A DNA stretch of 60,918 nucleotides, taken from positions 1 to 60,918 of the forward strand of contig JAFSVR010000017.1 of NCBI GenBank assembly GCA_017444895.1. The letters run 5' to 3'. Position 1 is the stretch's first letter. Every line of letters begins with the position of its first letter. This document shows, one piece after another, positions 37,579 to 46,327 of the stretch. The notes under the pieces are model-generated. The model made no database searches and was not told where the DNA came from. It worked only from the letters and a program-made list of their open reading frames with translations. The translations under genes and the position numbers were made by a program. The stretch comes from Clostridia bacterium (GTDB taxonomy: Bacteria > Bacillota > Clostridia > Christensenellales > UBA1242).

Positions 37579-38424
37579 ATGATTGAGTTTGGCCCAGCAG
37601 GCAGATGCGAGCTTATGGATGAGCAGGGTATAGACATTATGAAAGTTCCTGCGTTTTTGAATAAACTTGGCCTTAAAACTTTTGAATATCCATTAACGCA
37701 TGGCATTAATCTTCATAGAGATAAAGCCAGGGAGATCGGGGAAGAATTCAAAAAATATGGTATAAGCCTCAGTGTTCACGCTCCATATTTTATCAACCTC
37801 GCAACCCCAGAAGATGAAAAGGCGGAAAAAAGTTTTGGCTATATCATTTCTTCAATAGGGATAATGCGTGCAATGGGTGCAGACAGATTGGTTTTCCATC
37901 CGGGTAGCCTTACCAAACAATCAAGGGACGTTGCTTTTGCAAACACCAAGAATCGTATGAGGGAATTGGTTGATTTGTTAAATAGTCAGGGCCTGCTTGA
38001 AGGCATCTATCTTTGCCCAGAAACAATGGGTAAACACGGCCAAATTGGAACGGTAAGCGAGGTTGTGGAACTTTGCACGCTTGACGAGCATATTATTCCG
38101 ACGCTTGATTTTGGGCACATAAACGCGTTTACGCTTGGGTCAATTAAAACCAGCGCAGACTATGAGAACATCTTAAACCAATTCAAAAACAGGCTTGGTG
38201 AGCGTGGAAATCTTATCCATGCGCATTTTTCAAGAATAAGGTTTGGAGAAAAGGGAGAAATTTGCCATCTTAATTTTGACACAGAAGAAGATTTTGGACC
38301 TGATTATGTTGAACTTATTAAGGCATTAAAAAAGTGCGGAACAGATGGGCGAATTATATGCGAATCGCACGGACACCAAACGGAAGACAGCAAAACAATG
38401 AGCGATGAGTATTTCAAGCAATAG
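37579..38424 (+). CDS. xylose isomerase-like TIM-barrel protein (AP endonuclease family 2 / endonuclease IV-like)
   Basis: 281 aa with HAPYFINLA, VFHPGS, LCPE, DFGH and AHFS metal-ligand-like motifs resembling Nfo. Confidence 0.6.
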   Translation: MIEFGPAGRCELMDEQGIDIMKVPAFLNKLGLKTFEYPLTHGINLHRDKAREIGEEFKKYGISLSVHAPYFINLATPEDEKAEKSFGYIISSIGIMRAMGADRLVFHPGSLTKQSRDVAFANTKNRMRELVDLLNSQGLLEGIYLCPETMGKHGQIGTVSEVVELCTLDEHIIPTLDFGHINAFTLGSIKTSADYENILNQFKNRLGERGNLIHAHFSRIRFGEKGEICHLNFDTEEDFGPDYVELIKALKKCGTDGRIICESHGHQTEDSKTMSDEYFKQ

Positions 38425-38462
38425 AAAGACAATGTTTTTGATGAGAAATTGAAGAAAAACAC

Positions 38463-38491
38463 TTTTCAAAAACTTATTCATATGTTATACT
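38463..38491 (+). promoter_or_regulatory. sigma-A-type promoter with extended -10 upstream of efp
   Basis: TTTTCA (38463-38468), 17 nt, TGtTATACT (-10 at 38486-38491). Confidence 0.5.
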
Positions 38492-38522
38492 AACATAGTA
38501 AAATTAAACTTTTGGAGGATTT

Positions 38523-39080
38523 ATGATAACAGCAGGCGATTTAAGAAAGGGCGTAACCTTTGAAATGGAGGGCAAAATCTACATTGTTGTTGACTTTTTG
38601 CACGTTAAGCCAGGAAAAGGCGCAGCATTCGTTAGAACTAAACTTAAAAATATCGTAACAGGTCAGGTTATTGAAAGAACTTTCAACCCAGTTGAAAAAC
38701 TTGAAAAAGCGCATATTGATCGCAAGGAAATGACATATCTCTATAATGATTCTGGGCTTTACTACTTTATGGACAACGAAACATACGAGCAAGTTCCACT
38801 TAATCAAGACCAAGTTGAAGATGCATTGCAGTATATAACTGAGAATATGCCAGCAACTGTTCAGTTCTATAAAGGCGAAGCGTTCAGTGTTGAACCACCA
38901 AACTTTGTTGAACTGACAATTGTTGAATGTGAACCAGGTATCCAAGGTGATACTAGCAAGGCAGGTAACAAACCAGCAACTCTTGAAACCGGGCTTGTAA
39001 TTCAGGTTCCACTTTTTGTTAACAATGGTGAAAAAATCAGGGTTGACACAAGAACTGGAACATATATGAGCCGTGTTTAA
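38523..39080 (+). CDS. efp: elongation factor P
   Basis: [15 protein letters not shown] loop, 185 aa. Confidence 0.95.
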   Translation: MITAGDLRKGVTFEMEGKIYIVVDFLHVKPGKGAAFVRTKLKNIVTGQVIERTFNPVEKLEKAHIDRKEMTYLYNDSGLYYFMDNETYEQVPLNQDQVEDALQYITENMPATVQFYKGEAFSVEPPNFVELTIVECEPGIQGDTSKAGNKPATLETGLVIQVPLFVNNGEKIRVDTRTGTYMSRV

Positions 39081-39095
39081 TAGTTAACCAAACAG

Positions 39096-39125
39096 CACTC
39101 TAACTTATAGTTGGGGTGTTTTTTC
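39096..39125 (+). terminator. rho-independent terminator after efp
   Basis: CACTCTAACT-tat-AGTTGGGGTG (G.U pairs) followed by TTTTTT. Confidence 0.65.
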
Positions 39126-39154
39126 TTGTGAAAATTGCTTTTCTGTGTTATACT
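39126..39154 (+). promoter_or_regulatory. sigma-A-type promoter with extended -10 upstream of tdk
   Basis: TTGTGA (39126-39131), 17 nt, TGtTATACT (-10 at 39149-39154). Confidence 0.5.
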
Positions 39155-39172
39155 TAATTACGAGGGAAACTT

Positions 39173-39748
39173 ATGAAAAATTTATATTTCAAATGTGGAA
39201 CAATGGGGAGCAGTAAGAGCGCTCAGGCTCTTATGACGGCATTTAATTATCGCCAAAAGGGCCACAATGTGTTGCTTGCAAAACCAAGCATAGACACTCG
39301 TGACGGCAAAGATATCATTTCATCTCGCATAGGGCTATCCGCTGAGTGTTTGGTGTTTGATAGAGCGCAAAACCTTGTTCAGTTTGTTCAAGATAATGGC
39401 GGAGCAGATGTTGTTATAATTGATGAAGCGCAATTCTGCACAAAACAGCAAATTGACGAACTCAAACAATTAACCTTAAAAGATATTGTGGTTATTTGTT
39501 ATGGCCTCAAAACCAACTTCAAAAGCGAACTTTTTGAGGGAAGTAAACGCCTTTTGGAAATTGCTGAAGATGTTCAAGAATTTGGTGCTGTTTGTCGTTG
39601 TGGAAATAGAGCAACGCTAAACGCACGAGTTGTTGATGGGCTGGTTGTAACAACTGGTGAGGAAATTCAAATTGGTGGAGATGAAAAATACGAGGCAATG
39701 TGCTATGAATGCTATCAAAAATACCAGCACGAAAAAATAGAAGACTAA
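39173..39748 (+). CDS. tdk: thymidine kinase
   Basis: P-loop GTMGSSKS, IIDEAQF, C-terminal zinc ligands CRCG...CYEC. Confidence 0.9.
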   Translation: MKNLYFKCGTMGSSKSAQALMTAFNYRQKGHNVLLAKPSIDTRDGKDIISSRIGLSAECLVFDRAQNLVQFVQDNGGADVVIIDEAQFCTKQQIDELKQLTLKDIVVICYGLKTNFKSELFEGSKRLLEIAEDVQEFGAVCRCGNRATLNARVVDGLVVTTGEEIQIGGDEKYEAMCYECYQKYQHEKIED

Positions 39749-39760
39749 ATAAAAAAATTA

Positions 39761-39782
39761 AGGGGCATTTGCCTCTTTTTTT
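39761..39782 (+). terminator. rho-independent terminator after tdk
   Basis: AGGGGC-attt-GCCTCT followed by TTTTTTT. Confidence 0.55.
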
Positions 39783-39880
39783 GTTGCTTGCAAAAATTGA
39801 CAAAATTTGCATGGGGTTTTTAAGCAAAGTTATTCAATAATTTGCCACAATCAGCATAGTTTTAAGGGAGGAGAATGGAA

Positions 39881-40798
39881 ATGCTTTCACGCCTTTTGCC
39901 ACCAAACATATATGAGGCCGTTTCAAGTGCGTTTAATCTGCAGAATGTATATGAATTACGCTTGCGCGAAAACAAGCCCCTTGCAATCAATTTTGGCGGA
40001 AAAATGTATTTTGTTAAGAATATTAAAACCTCACAAAATATCATTTGCTCTTCAAAAGACATAGAGTATGTTTTGCTGTCTGCCAGCGAAAATTCTTTGT
40101 ATGCGGTTAATAACCAGATATGTCAAGGGTTTTTAACGTGTGATGGTGGAATCAGGATTGGAGTTGCAGGCGAGCATATCTTAACAAGCAGTGGCGAAAC
40201 CAAAACCATAAAAAACATTTCAAGCATTAACATTCGTATTCCACACGAAATCAAAAATTGCGCCCACACAGCTTTAACTTTTATTGCAAATGGTGGAATC
40301 AAAAGTGCTTTAATTCTTGCTCCGCCGGGCGCAGGGAAGACTACATTTTTGCGAGATTTAGCAAACTCGATTGGCCAAATGAGCAAGGTGGTTAACATTC
40401 TCATTTGTGATGAGCGTTATGAAATTGCCAATAGTGCCAATGGTAAGATCTCGCTTGGGGTTGGACAAACAGCAGACGTAATTAGTGGAGCAACAAAAAA
40501 ATACGTTTTTGAGCAAGGAATACGAACGCTTAAACCAGATTTGATTATCTGTGATGAAATAATGAACGAAGAAGATGCCTGCGCCATAATTAAGGCCATA
40601 CGAAGTGGTGTGAGCGTTATCGCAACGGCACACTCTGGCAGTATTGTTGATGCAAAAAGCAGAAGCGATTTGAAAATGCTATTGGATCAAAAGGCCTTTG
40701 AAAGGATAATTGTTCTTTCTTCTAGAAACGGGCCTGGAACATATGAGGCAATATACAATGCAAGCTTAGAAATAGTCTATAAAAGTGGAGAGTTTTAA
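39881..40798 (+). CDS. spoIIIAA: stage III sporulation protein AA (ATPase)
   Basis: Walker A PPGAGKTTFLRD, Walker B LIICDEI; first gene of an 8-gene spoIIIA-type cluster. ATG 39881 lies 7 nt after GGGAGGAG (ORF opens at 39875). Confidence 0.85.
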   Translation: MLSRLLPPNIYEAVSSAFNLQNVYELRLRENKPLAINFGGKMYFVKNIKTSQNIICSSKDIEYVLLSASENSLYAVNNQICQGFLTCDGGIRIGVAGEHILTSSGETKTIKNISSINIRIPHEIKNCAHTALTFIANGGIKSALILAPPGAGKTTFLRDLANSIGQMSKVVNILICDERYEIANSANGKISLGVGQTADVISGATKKYVFEQGIRTLKPDLIICDEIMNEEDACAIIKAIRSGVSVIATAHSGSIVDAKSRSDLKMLLDQKAFERIIVLSSRNGPGTYEAIYNASLEIVYKSGEF

Positions 40799-41277
40799 TG
40801 GTTGTTTTGTGTGGTGCAATTGTCTTTTTATGTGGCTATATTGGATACCTTTTTTCAAGCAGATTGAAAGACCACGCAGAATATTTCAAAGAAATGGTCA
40901 ATTTGTGTAGCAAATTATCATTAAATTTATCGTTTTTGCAGAATAAACTGCCCGTTGTTCTTGAAACCTCAATAACAAATCATAAAGGCGACTATGCAAA
41001 AACCATATCAAGTTTTTGTGAAAAACTTAATACTGGGGTGAATTGTGGGGTGTTTTTACCGGAATACATAACAGATAATGAAAGAAAAACCATTGAAACG
41101 TTTTTGCACGGGCTAGGAAAAAATGATGCAGAAACAGAGCAGCAAAACGTTTGCAACTATAAGGCTGTTTTTCAAAATTGCTTTGAGCAAGCAAACACAA
41201 AATACGCAAAAAATGGCAGGTCGATAATAAAGATTTCTGGGTGTGTTGGGCTGGCAATTGCAATACTGATATTTTAG
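40798..41277 (+). CDS. spoIIIAB: stage III sporulation protein AB
   Basis: 159 aa, TM at each end with a helical cytoplasmic core; position and size match SpoIIIAB. Confidence 0.75.
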   Translation: MVVLCGAIVFLCGYIGYLFSSRLKDHAEYFKEMVNLCSKLSLNLSFLQNKLPVVLETSITNHKGDYAKTISSFCEKLNTGVNCGVFLPEYITDNERKTIETFLHGLGKNDAETEQQNVCNYKAVFQNCFEQANTKYAKNGRSIIKISGCVGLAIAILIF

Positions 41278-41286
41278 GGGAAATAT

Positions 41287-41484
41287 ATGAGCGTAGACAT
41301 TTTGTTTAAGATTGGTGCGATAGGGATTTTAACGGCGGTTATCTCACAAATTTTAAGTCATAACGGGAAAAGTGAAATCGCAACTCTTGCAACTCTTGCT
41401 GGGCTGGTTATTGTTTTGGTTATGGTTCTTTCAATGATTAGTGAACTATTTTCAACAATAAAATCTCTATTTATGCTCTATTAG
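41287..41484 (+). CDS. spoIIIAC: stage III sporulation protein AC
   Basis: 65-aa two-TM protein (ILFKIGAIGILTAVISQIL...), typical SpoIIIAC. Confidence 0.85.
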   Translation: MSVDILFKIGAIGILTAVISQILSHNGKSEIATLATLAGLVIVLVMVLSMISELFSTIKSLFMLY

Positions 41485-41490
41485 GGAACG

Positions 41491-41874
41491 ATGATATATA
41501 AAGTTATTGGAACAGCATTAGTCACAATAATATTGAGTCTGTCGCTCAAAAAAAATATGCCAGAAATATCTGCACTGATAAATTTGAGCGGTGGGTTAAT
41601 TATAAGCTTACTTGCAATTAACAGTGCAAAAGATGTTATAGACAATTTTTTCAACTTCAGCACAAATCTTAAAGTGGGTTCATCAATCATCGTGCCTGCC
41701 TTAAAGGTGTTGGGGATTGGTTATTTAACTGAGTTCTGTTCAAGCCTTGCAAGCGACACTGGAAACAATTTTTTAAGCGATAAAATTATTCTTGCAGGGA
41801 AGATTGTAATTTTGGGTTTTAGCATTTCAAGCATTAAGAATTTGCTTGTTATGGTGTTAAATTTAATACAATGA
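41491..41874 (+). CDS. spoIIIAD: stage III sporulation protein AD
   Basis: 127-aa polytopic membrane protein, paralogous in style to AC; conserved order. Confidence 0.85.
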   Translation: MIYKVIGTALVTIILSLSLKKNMPEISALINLSGGLIISLLAINSAKDVIDNFFNFSTNLKVGSSIIVPALKVLGIGYLTEFCSSLASDTGNNFLSDKIILAGKIVILGFSISSIKNLLVMVLNLIQ

Positions 41875-43121
41875 AAAGTGCAAAAAATAAATTAATTATT
41901 AAAAATAATAGCAAAATATTAAAACAATGTGTTAAATTTGCAATATTATTGCTTGCCATTGTGGTGGTTTTTGCAGTATTAAACCAATCAGAACAGGTTG
42001 CTTGTTTTGCTGAAAATGAAGCCTATGTAAGTGATGAAGAGATTGAAAAACAGTTTGGAGTTGAAACAAATGCGCAAGTTGAGGAATTAGATTTTTCTAA
42101 ACTGGATAGTGAACTTGATGTTATTGGTGATGATATTGGTGTGTTTCAATCGCGCTCTTTCAAAGAGTATGTTTATAGTGTTATAAATGGTGATATTGTT
42201 GCAGATTTTGGCTCGATTTTTAGTGCTGTAAAAGAGGGGGCTGTTTCATCTTTTAAGGGGGTAATTGCATCTTTTAGTGCCGTTGTCGTTCTTGCAATTC
42301 TATTCTCCCTTTATAATTCTTTTGCGCCGACTGGCAAGGTTAGCAATGTGATTAAAATTATGTTTGCATCATCAATTGCAATAGTTCTTTTGCTCGTCAG
42401 TAAAGGGGTGGTTGAAAAGGCTAGTCAAGCAATGAAATCAATGCAAAATCAAATGAATATTATTTTTCCTATTTTGATTGGTTTAATTAATGTTGCTGGT
42501 GCGGGCTTGTCTGTAAAAATGTTTCAACCCAGCATGTTGTTTCTAAGCTCTGTTATATCCAATGTGTTTTCATATTTTTTAATGCCATTGTTCTTGATTA
42601 CTGTTGGCTTCACGGTTGTTGAATCGCTTTCAACTGAGAATAACTTTTTTAAGTTTTCTCGCTTCACAAAAAGTTTGTTTAAGTGGACGATTGGTGTGGT
42701 GTTTGGGGTGTTTATGTCGGTGCTTACCATTGGTGGAATAACGAGTGGGGCGAGTGCGGGGGTGAGTGTTAAGGCAACAAAGTATGCCCTTAAAAACTAT
42801 ATACCGTATCTTGGTGGGTATGTTAGTGATGGTTTTGAGTTGTCACGGGCTTCGGCAATATTGATTAAAAACTCCGTAGGTTTCTCTTCGCTGATGTTGT
42901 TGCTTGCAACAATAATATCTCCGATAGTGTCAATTGGTGTGTTCTCGCTAGCATTAAACCTGATTTCATCAATATGTAAACCTATTATTAATGATTCACA
43001 AAATAGTTTAATTCAAAACTTTGCTGATGCTTTCAAGATGCTTACGGCAATTGTTGTTGGCGTTGCCGTTATGTATTTTTATATGCTCAGCTTGGTTGTC
43101 AGCACTGTGAACATTGTGTAA
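41871..43121 (+). CDS. spoIIIAE: stage III sporulation protein AE
   Basis: 416 aa, signal/TM, acidic extracytoplasmic linker, then ~7 TM; conserved order. Confidence 0.85.
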   Translation: MKSAKNKLIIKNNSKILKQCVKFAILLLAIVVVFAVLNQSEQVACFAENEAYVSDEEIEKQFGVETNAQVEELDFSKLDSELDVIGDDIGVFQSRSFKEYVYSVINGDIVADFGSIFSAVKEGAVSSFKGVIASFSAVVVLAILFSLYNSFAPTGKVSNVIKIMFASSIAIVLLLVSKGVVEKASQAMKSMQNQMNIIFPILIGLINVAGAGLSVKMFQPSMLFLSSVISNVFSYFLMPLFLITVGFTVVESLSTENNFFKFSRFTKSLFKWTIGVVFGVFMSVLTIGGITSGASAGVSVKATKYALKNYIPYLGGYVSDGFELSRASAILIKNSVGFSSLMLLLATIISPIVSIGVFSLALNLISSICKPIINDSQNSLIQNFADAFKMLTAIVVGVAVMYFYMLSLVVSTVNIV

Positions 43122-43133
43122 AGATGGTGGAAA

Positions 43134-43298
43134 ATGGTTGAGTTGTTTTCAATAATTATATCTGTTGTGTTTGTTGACTCCGTTGTTTCTATTGTTTTAC
43201 CAAGTGGAAAAATGAAGACAATGGTTAAATCGGTTATAAATATTTTGTGTTTAACTGTTATTGTTGAGGCGTTTTTTAACTTGCTGGGCGTTTTGTAA
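43134..43298 (+). CDS. spoIIIAF: truncated stage III sporulation protein AF (two-TM stub, 54 aa)
   Basis: ORF below the track cutoff: MVELFSIIISVVFVDSVVSIVLPSGKMKTMVKSVINILCLTVIVEAFFNLLGVL. It resembles the SpoIIIAF N-terminus (..LLPSSSMQKYAKMV.. in B. subtilis, from memory), and its position between AE and AG fits. Confidence 0.5.
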   Translation: MVELFSIIISVVFVDSVVSIVLPSGKMKTMVKSVINILCLTVIVEAFFNLLGVL

Positions 43299-43361
43299 AA
43301 AGTGCAAAATTTAATATAAAAATATCAAAATTGCACTAAAAATTATTTGAGCAAATAAAAA

Positions 43362-43955
43362 TTGCGTTTTTTGAGGGGGTTGAGTGCGTTGGATGCTGAG
43401 GGTAAATTGGGCAAAGAAAAGGAAAAGCATTTCAAATTTTTATCATTTTTGAAAAATAATAAATTGATAAAAATAACAAAAAACAAGAAGGCGTATGTTG
43501 CAATCGTATGCCTGCTTTCATTAATTGTCTTTGCAATCTTCTTTAGTTCAGTTGGCTCGAAAAAAGCGAATAACAACACTGTTGAGCAACCTTCTTCATC
43601 AACCGTTGATTTTGTTTCCGAAACCGAAGCAAGACTAAAAACCATTTTGTCTTCCGTCAAAGGTATAAGTGATGTTAATGTCTATATTTCAGTTAGTTCA
43701 ACCCCAATTTTTTGTTATGCAACAGACACGACTTCTCAAAATGGTTCTAATCAGGAAACCAGCAACATAGTGTTTAGTAAAAGTGGAACATCAACAACGC
43801 CTGTTTTAGTTAAGACGATATATCCTGAGATCAAGGGTGTGTTGATTGTTGCAAAGGGTGCTGGTGAAGCAAAAGTCAAATTAATGCTGTGTGATTGTTT
43901 GAGTTCGGTTCTAAACGTGCCAGCATCTTGCATACAAATTTTAGAGGGGAAATAA
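43362..43955 (+). CDS. spoIIIAG: stage III sporulation protein AG
   Basis: N-terminal TM, then ETEARLKTILSSVKGISDVNVYISV...PEIKGVLIVAKGAG...VLNVPASCIQIL, typical of the SpoIIIAG ring-forming domain. The true start is uncertain (TTG 43362, or TTG 43389 after GAGGGGG). Confidence 0.75.
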   Translation: MRFLRGLSALDAEGKLGKEKEKHFKFLSFLKNNKLIKITKNKKAYVAIVCLLSLIVFAIFFSSVGSKKANNNTVEQPSSSTVDFVSETEARLKTILSSVKGISDVNVYISVSSTPIFCYATDTTSQNGSNQETSNIVFSKSGTSTTPVLVKTIYPEIKGVLIVAKGAGEAKVKLMLCDCLSSVLNVPASCIQILEGK

Positions 43956-43989
43956 AATGAAATTGGTGTTTTTCAAGGAGGGTAAAGGA

Positions 43990-44472
43990 ATGCTTAGCAA
44001 AAAGAAAAAAATTTTTATTATTGTTGGAATGGCAATTTTGTTGATTGTTACTGGTTACTTAAATGTTACGCTTAATCAAACAGCATCAAAAACAAACACG
44101 GGCACGGTTTCTGAATTAACCAGTTCTGATTTTTTTGCAACTTATAGAGAGGACCGAACATTAACAAGAAATCTTGAGCTTGAATATTTAGATGCAATAA
44201 TAACAAGCACGTCTTCATCTGCCGACTATGTTGCAACTGCAACAAGCAAAAAACTTGCTCTTGTTGCTCAAATGGATAAAGAACTTGTTTTGGAAGGCCT
44301 TATTGCCGCTTCTGGCTTTGATGACGCAATTGTAACGGCATCTGGAGAGAATCTTAATGTCATGGTAAAAACCGCCGGACTAACAAGCAGTGATGCTGCA
44401 AAAATTCTATCAATTATCGTCGATGAAACCAGCACGCCGGCAACCAATGTAAAAATAATTCCTGTTGCGTAA
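43990..44472 (+). CDS. spoIIIAH: stage III sporulation protein AH
   Basis: N-terminal TM, FFATYREDRTLTRNLELEYL motif typical of SpoIIIAH. ATG 43990 follows GGAGGG (ORF opens at 43957). Confidence 0.7.
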   Translation: MLSKKKKIFIIVGMAILLIVTGYLNVTLNQTASKTNTGTVSELTSSDFFATYREDRTLTRNLELEYLDAIITSTSSSADYVATATSKKLALVAQMDKELVLEGLIAASGFDDAIVTASGENLNVMVKTAGLTSSDAAKILSIIVDETSTPATNVKIIPVA

Positions 44473-44482
44473 GATATAAAAT

Positions 44483-44505
44483 GGGGCAGAAAAGCCCTTT
44501 TTTAT
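44483..44505 (+). terminator. weak rho-independent terminator after spoIIIAH
   Basis: GGGGC-agaaaa-GCCCT followed by TTTTTTATTTTT. Confidence 0.45.
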
Positions 44506-44530
44506 TTTTAATAATTTAATTAAATTATTA

Positions 44531-44559
44531 TTGCAAAAAATATTGTTGTGTGGTATAAT
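44531..44559 (+). promoter_or_regulatory. sigma-A-type promoter with extended -10
   Basis: TTGCAA (44531-44536), 17 nt, TGgTATAAT (-10 at 44554-44559). Confidence 0.6.
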
Positions 44560-44588
44560 TCAATTGGAAATCATATTTGGAGGGTATT

Positions 44589-44975
44589 ATGGCAGCAGAG
44601 AGAAGCAGAAGAGTTTATGAGGCAGACGAGGGCAAGCTTAGCTATAAGCGCAATGTTGTTTTGTCTATTGTTAATTTGGCAACTCAAGAAATTAATGGCA
44701 TTGCCGGGCTGAGCGTTGAAGGCGTTGGCACTCTTAAGAAAATGTTTGATAAGAATTGCCATAAGGGCGTTATAATTGAGTTTGTTGAGAATTCAGTTTA
44801 TGTTGACGTTTATGTTAACGTTATGTTTGGATATTCGGTTAAAGACGTTGCCTTCAGAGTTCAGGAAAATGTTAAGAGTAGCATAGAGTCTATGACAGAC
44901 TTTAAGGTTGAAGCAATTAACGTTCATGTTATGGGCGTTGTGTTCAATGCAAATGAAGAAATCGCGGTTATGTAG
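44589..44975 (+). CDS. Asp23/Gls24 family envelope stress protein
   Basis: GKLSYKRNVVLSIVNLATQEINGIAGL... typical Asp23 N-terminus; same position as yqhY after spoIIIA in B. subtilis. ATG 44589 follows GGAGGG. Confidence 0.8.
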   Translation: MAAERSRRVYEADEGKLSYKRNVVLSIVNLATQEINGIAGLSVEGVGTLKKMFDKNCHKGVIIEFVENSVYVDVYVNVMFGYSVKDVAFRVQENVKSSIESMTDFKVEAINVHVMGVVFNANEEIAVM

Positions 44976-45011
44976 TCTGTTAATCACAGAAACGTAACAT
45001 ATGAGGAGAAG

Positions 45012-45908
45012 ATGGCACAAAAACTAACATTTAAGCAACAAATGATTTATACTTGTGCAGGGAGTTCGCTGCTTGTTTTGCCACTTGTTGTTTTGGGAAT
45101 CATTGGAATTATTCCATTGGTTCCTTTTGTTATTATTTTGGCAGTTGTTTTGGGCGTAACAGCGCTAATTATCTTTGCACTTATAAAGAGACGCAAAAAA
45201 GAAATTCAGCTTGCTCTTAAAGCAAAACAAGAACAAGAGGAATTGAGAATTAAGCGCCTTCTTCAACTATACGAAATTATGGGGCTTGAAGTTCAGTATA
45301 ACGAGGATGGATCCATAAAAGACGTCTTTGAACTTCTTAATTTGAAGAATTTATATAACGAGAAAGGGGAAAGAATTTTAACAATCTATGAACTTTTGGA
45401 TATCTTGCCAACATTCAATAAAGATTGTGTTGAATTGCCAAGCATAGTTGTCATTAAGAATATTGTTAAAAGTTTCGCGCGCGGAATTGCTGAACCTCTC
45501 GTTTTAACATATAAGAGTAAAACAGCTAAGAAAGAAGTGGCACCACAAGAAAAACCAAAGGACCAAAAACCAAAAGTTAAGGTTGAAAAGAAGCCTAATA
45601 GTAAACCATTAAAAAGAAAAGAGATCAAAGACAAGGGCGGTTCTAGCAAGAATGGGGCTTATAAATCCAAATTTGTTAATGTAGATAATTCGTCTAGTCT
45701 AGGAAAACTTATTGGGCAAACATATACAGCATCAAAAAGTGTTGCTCCATCAAAAGAGGGGCCAAAGGCCCAACAACCTTTCTCTTCTAGCAAGAAGCCA
45801 TCTATCAAAACGGGTCCTGGAGAACAGAACGTATTGGCTGATGAAGCACAGCATAGTTTTGACACTGCCAATGTTTCCGTGGATACTATGGGAATAATGG
45901 AAAAATAG
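45012..45908 (+). CDS. hypothetical membrane-anchored protein with K/P/S-rich tail
   Basis: SD GAGGAG; two N-terminal TM segments, coiled K/E/Q stretch, low-complexity KPK-rich C-terminal half. No family recognised. Confidence 0.5.
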   Translation: MAQKLTFKQQMIYTCAGSSLLVLPLVVLGIIGIIPLVPFVIILAVVLGVTALIIFALIKRRKKEIQLALKAKQEQEELRIKRLLQLYEIMGLEVQYNEDGSIKDVFELLNLKNLYNEKGERILTIYELLDILPTFNKDCVELPSIVVIKNIVKSFARGIAEPLVLTYKSKTAKKEVAPQEKPKDQKPKVKVEKKPNSKPLKRKEIKDKGGSSKNGAYKSKFVNVDNSSSLGKLIGQTYTASKSVAPSKEGPKAQQPFSSSKKPSIKTGPGEQNVLADEAQHSFDTANVSVDTMGIMEK

Positions 45909-45919
45909 CGGAGGATTAT

Positions 45920-46327
45920 ATGGGAAGAAAACAAGCAAGAGATAGATCATTCAAACTCATTTTTGAATATATCTTCACAAAGGAAATTGATGATGAACTT
46001 ATGGAGGAATACATAAGTGAATCAGATGTTTCCGGAGAAGAGCAATATATTCGTGATGTTTATTTTGGGGTTGCAAACAAATTTGAATATCTTTCAGAGA
46101 AGATAGAAAAACTTGCAATAGGTTTTTCTTTCCACCGGATTTTTAAGGTTGATTTGGCAATTTTATTGCTTGCAAGTTATGAGATTGAGTTTATGCCCAA
46201 AATACCTTTTAAGGTTAGTGTTAACGAGGCGTGTGAACTTGCAAAACTATATTCAACAGAAAAGAGTGTGGGGTTCATTAATGGAATCTTGGCTAAAATG
46301 AAAGAGGGAAATGATGCAGGACATTAA
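45920..46327 (+). CDS. nusB: transcription antitermination factor NusB
   Basis: MGRKQARDRSFKLIFEY... and NEACELAKLYSTEKSVGFINGILAK typical NusB motifs. Confidence 0.9.
   Translation: MGRKQARDRSFKLIFEYIFTKEIDDELMEEYISESDVSGEEQYIRDVYFGVANKFEYLSEKIEKLAIGFSFHRIFKVDLAILLLASYEIEFMPKIPFKVSVNEACELAKLYSTEKSVGFINGILAKMKEGNDAGH

Noticed and set aside
39830-39862. Possible sigma-E promoter for spoIIIAA (TCAATAAT ... CATAGTTT)
   Set aside because: It matches only the CATA core of the -10, and the -35 and spacing are poor. Expected biologically, but not supportable from the sequence alone.
44510-44529. 20-bp perfect palindrome AATAATTTAATTAAATTATT just upstream of the asp23 promoter -35
   Set aside because: Pure A/T low-complexity sequence. 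Such palindromes arise easily in AT-rich spacers, and it may merely act as an UP-like element.
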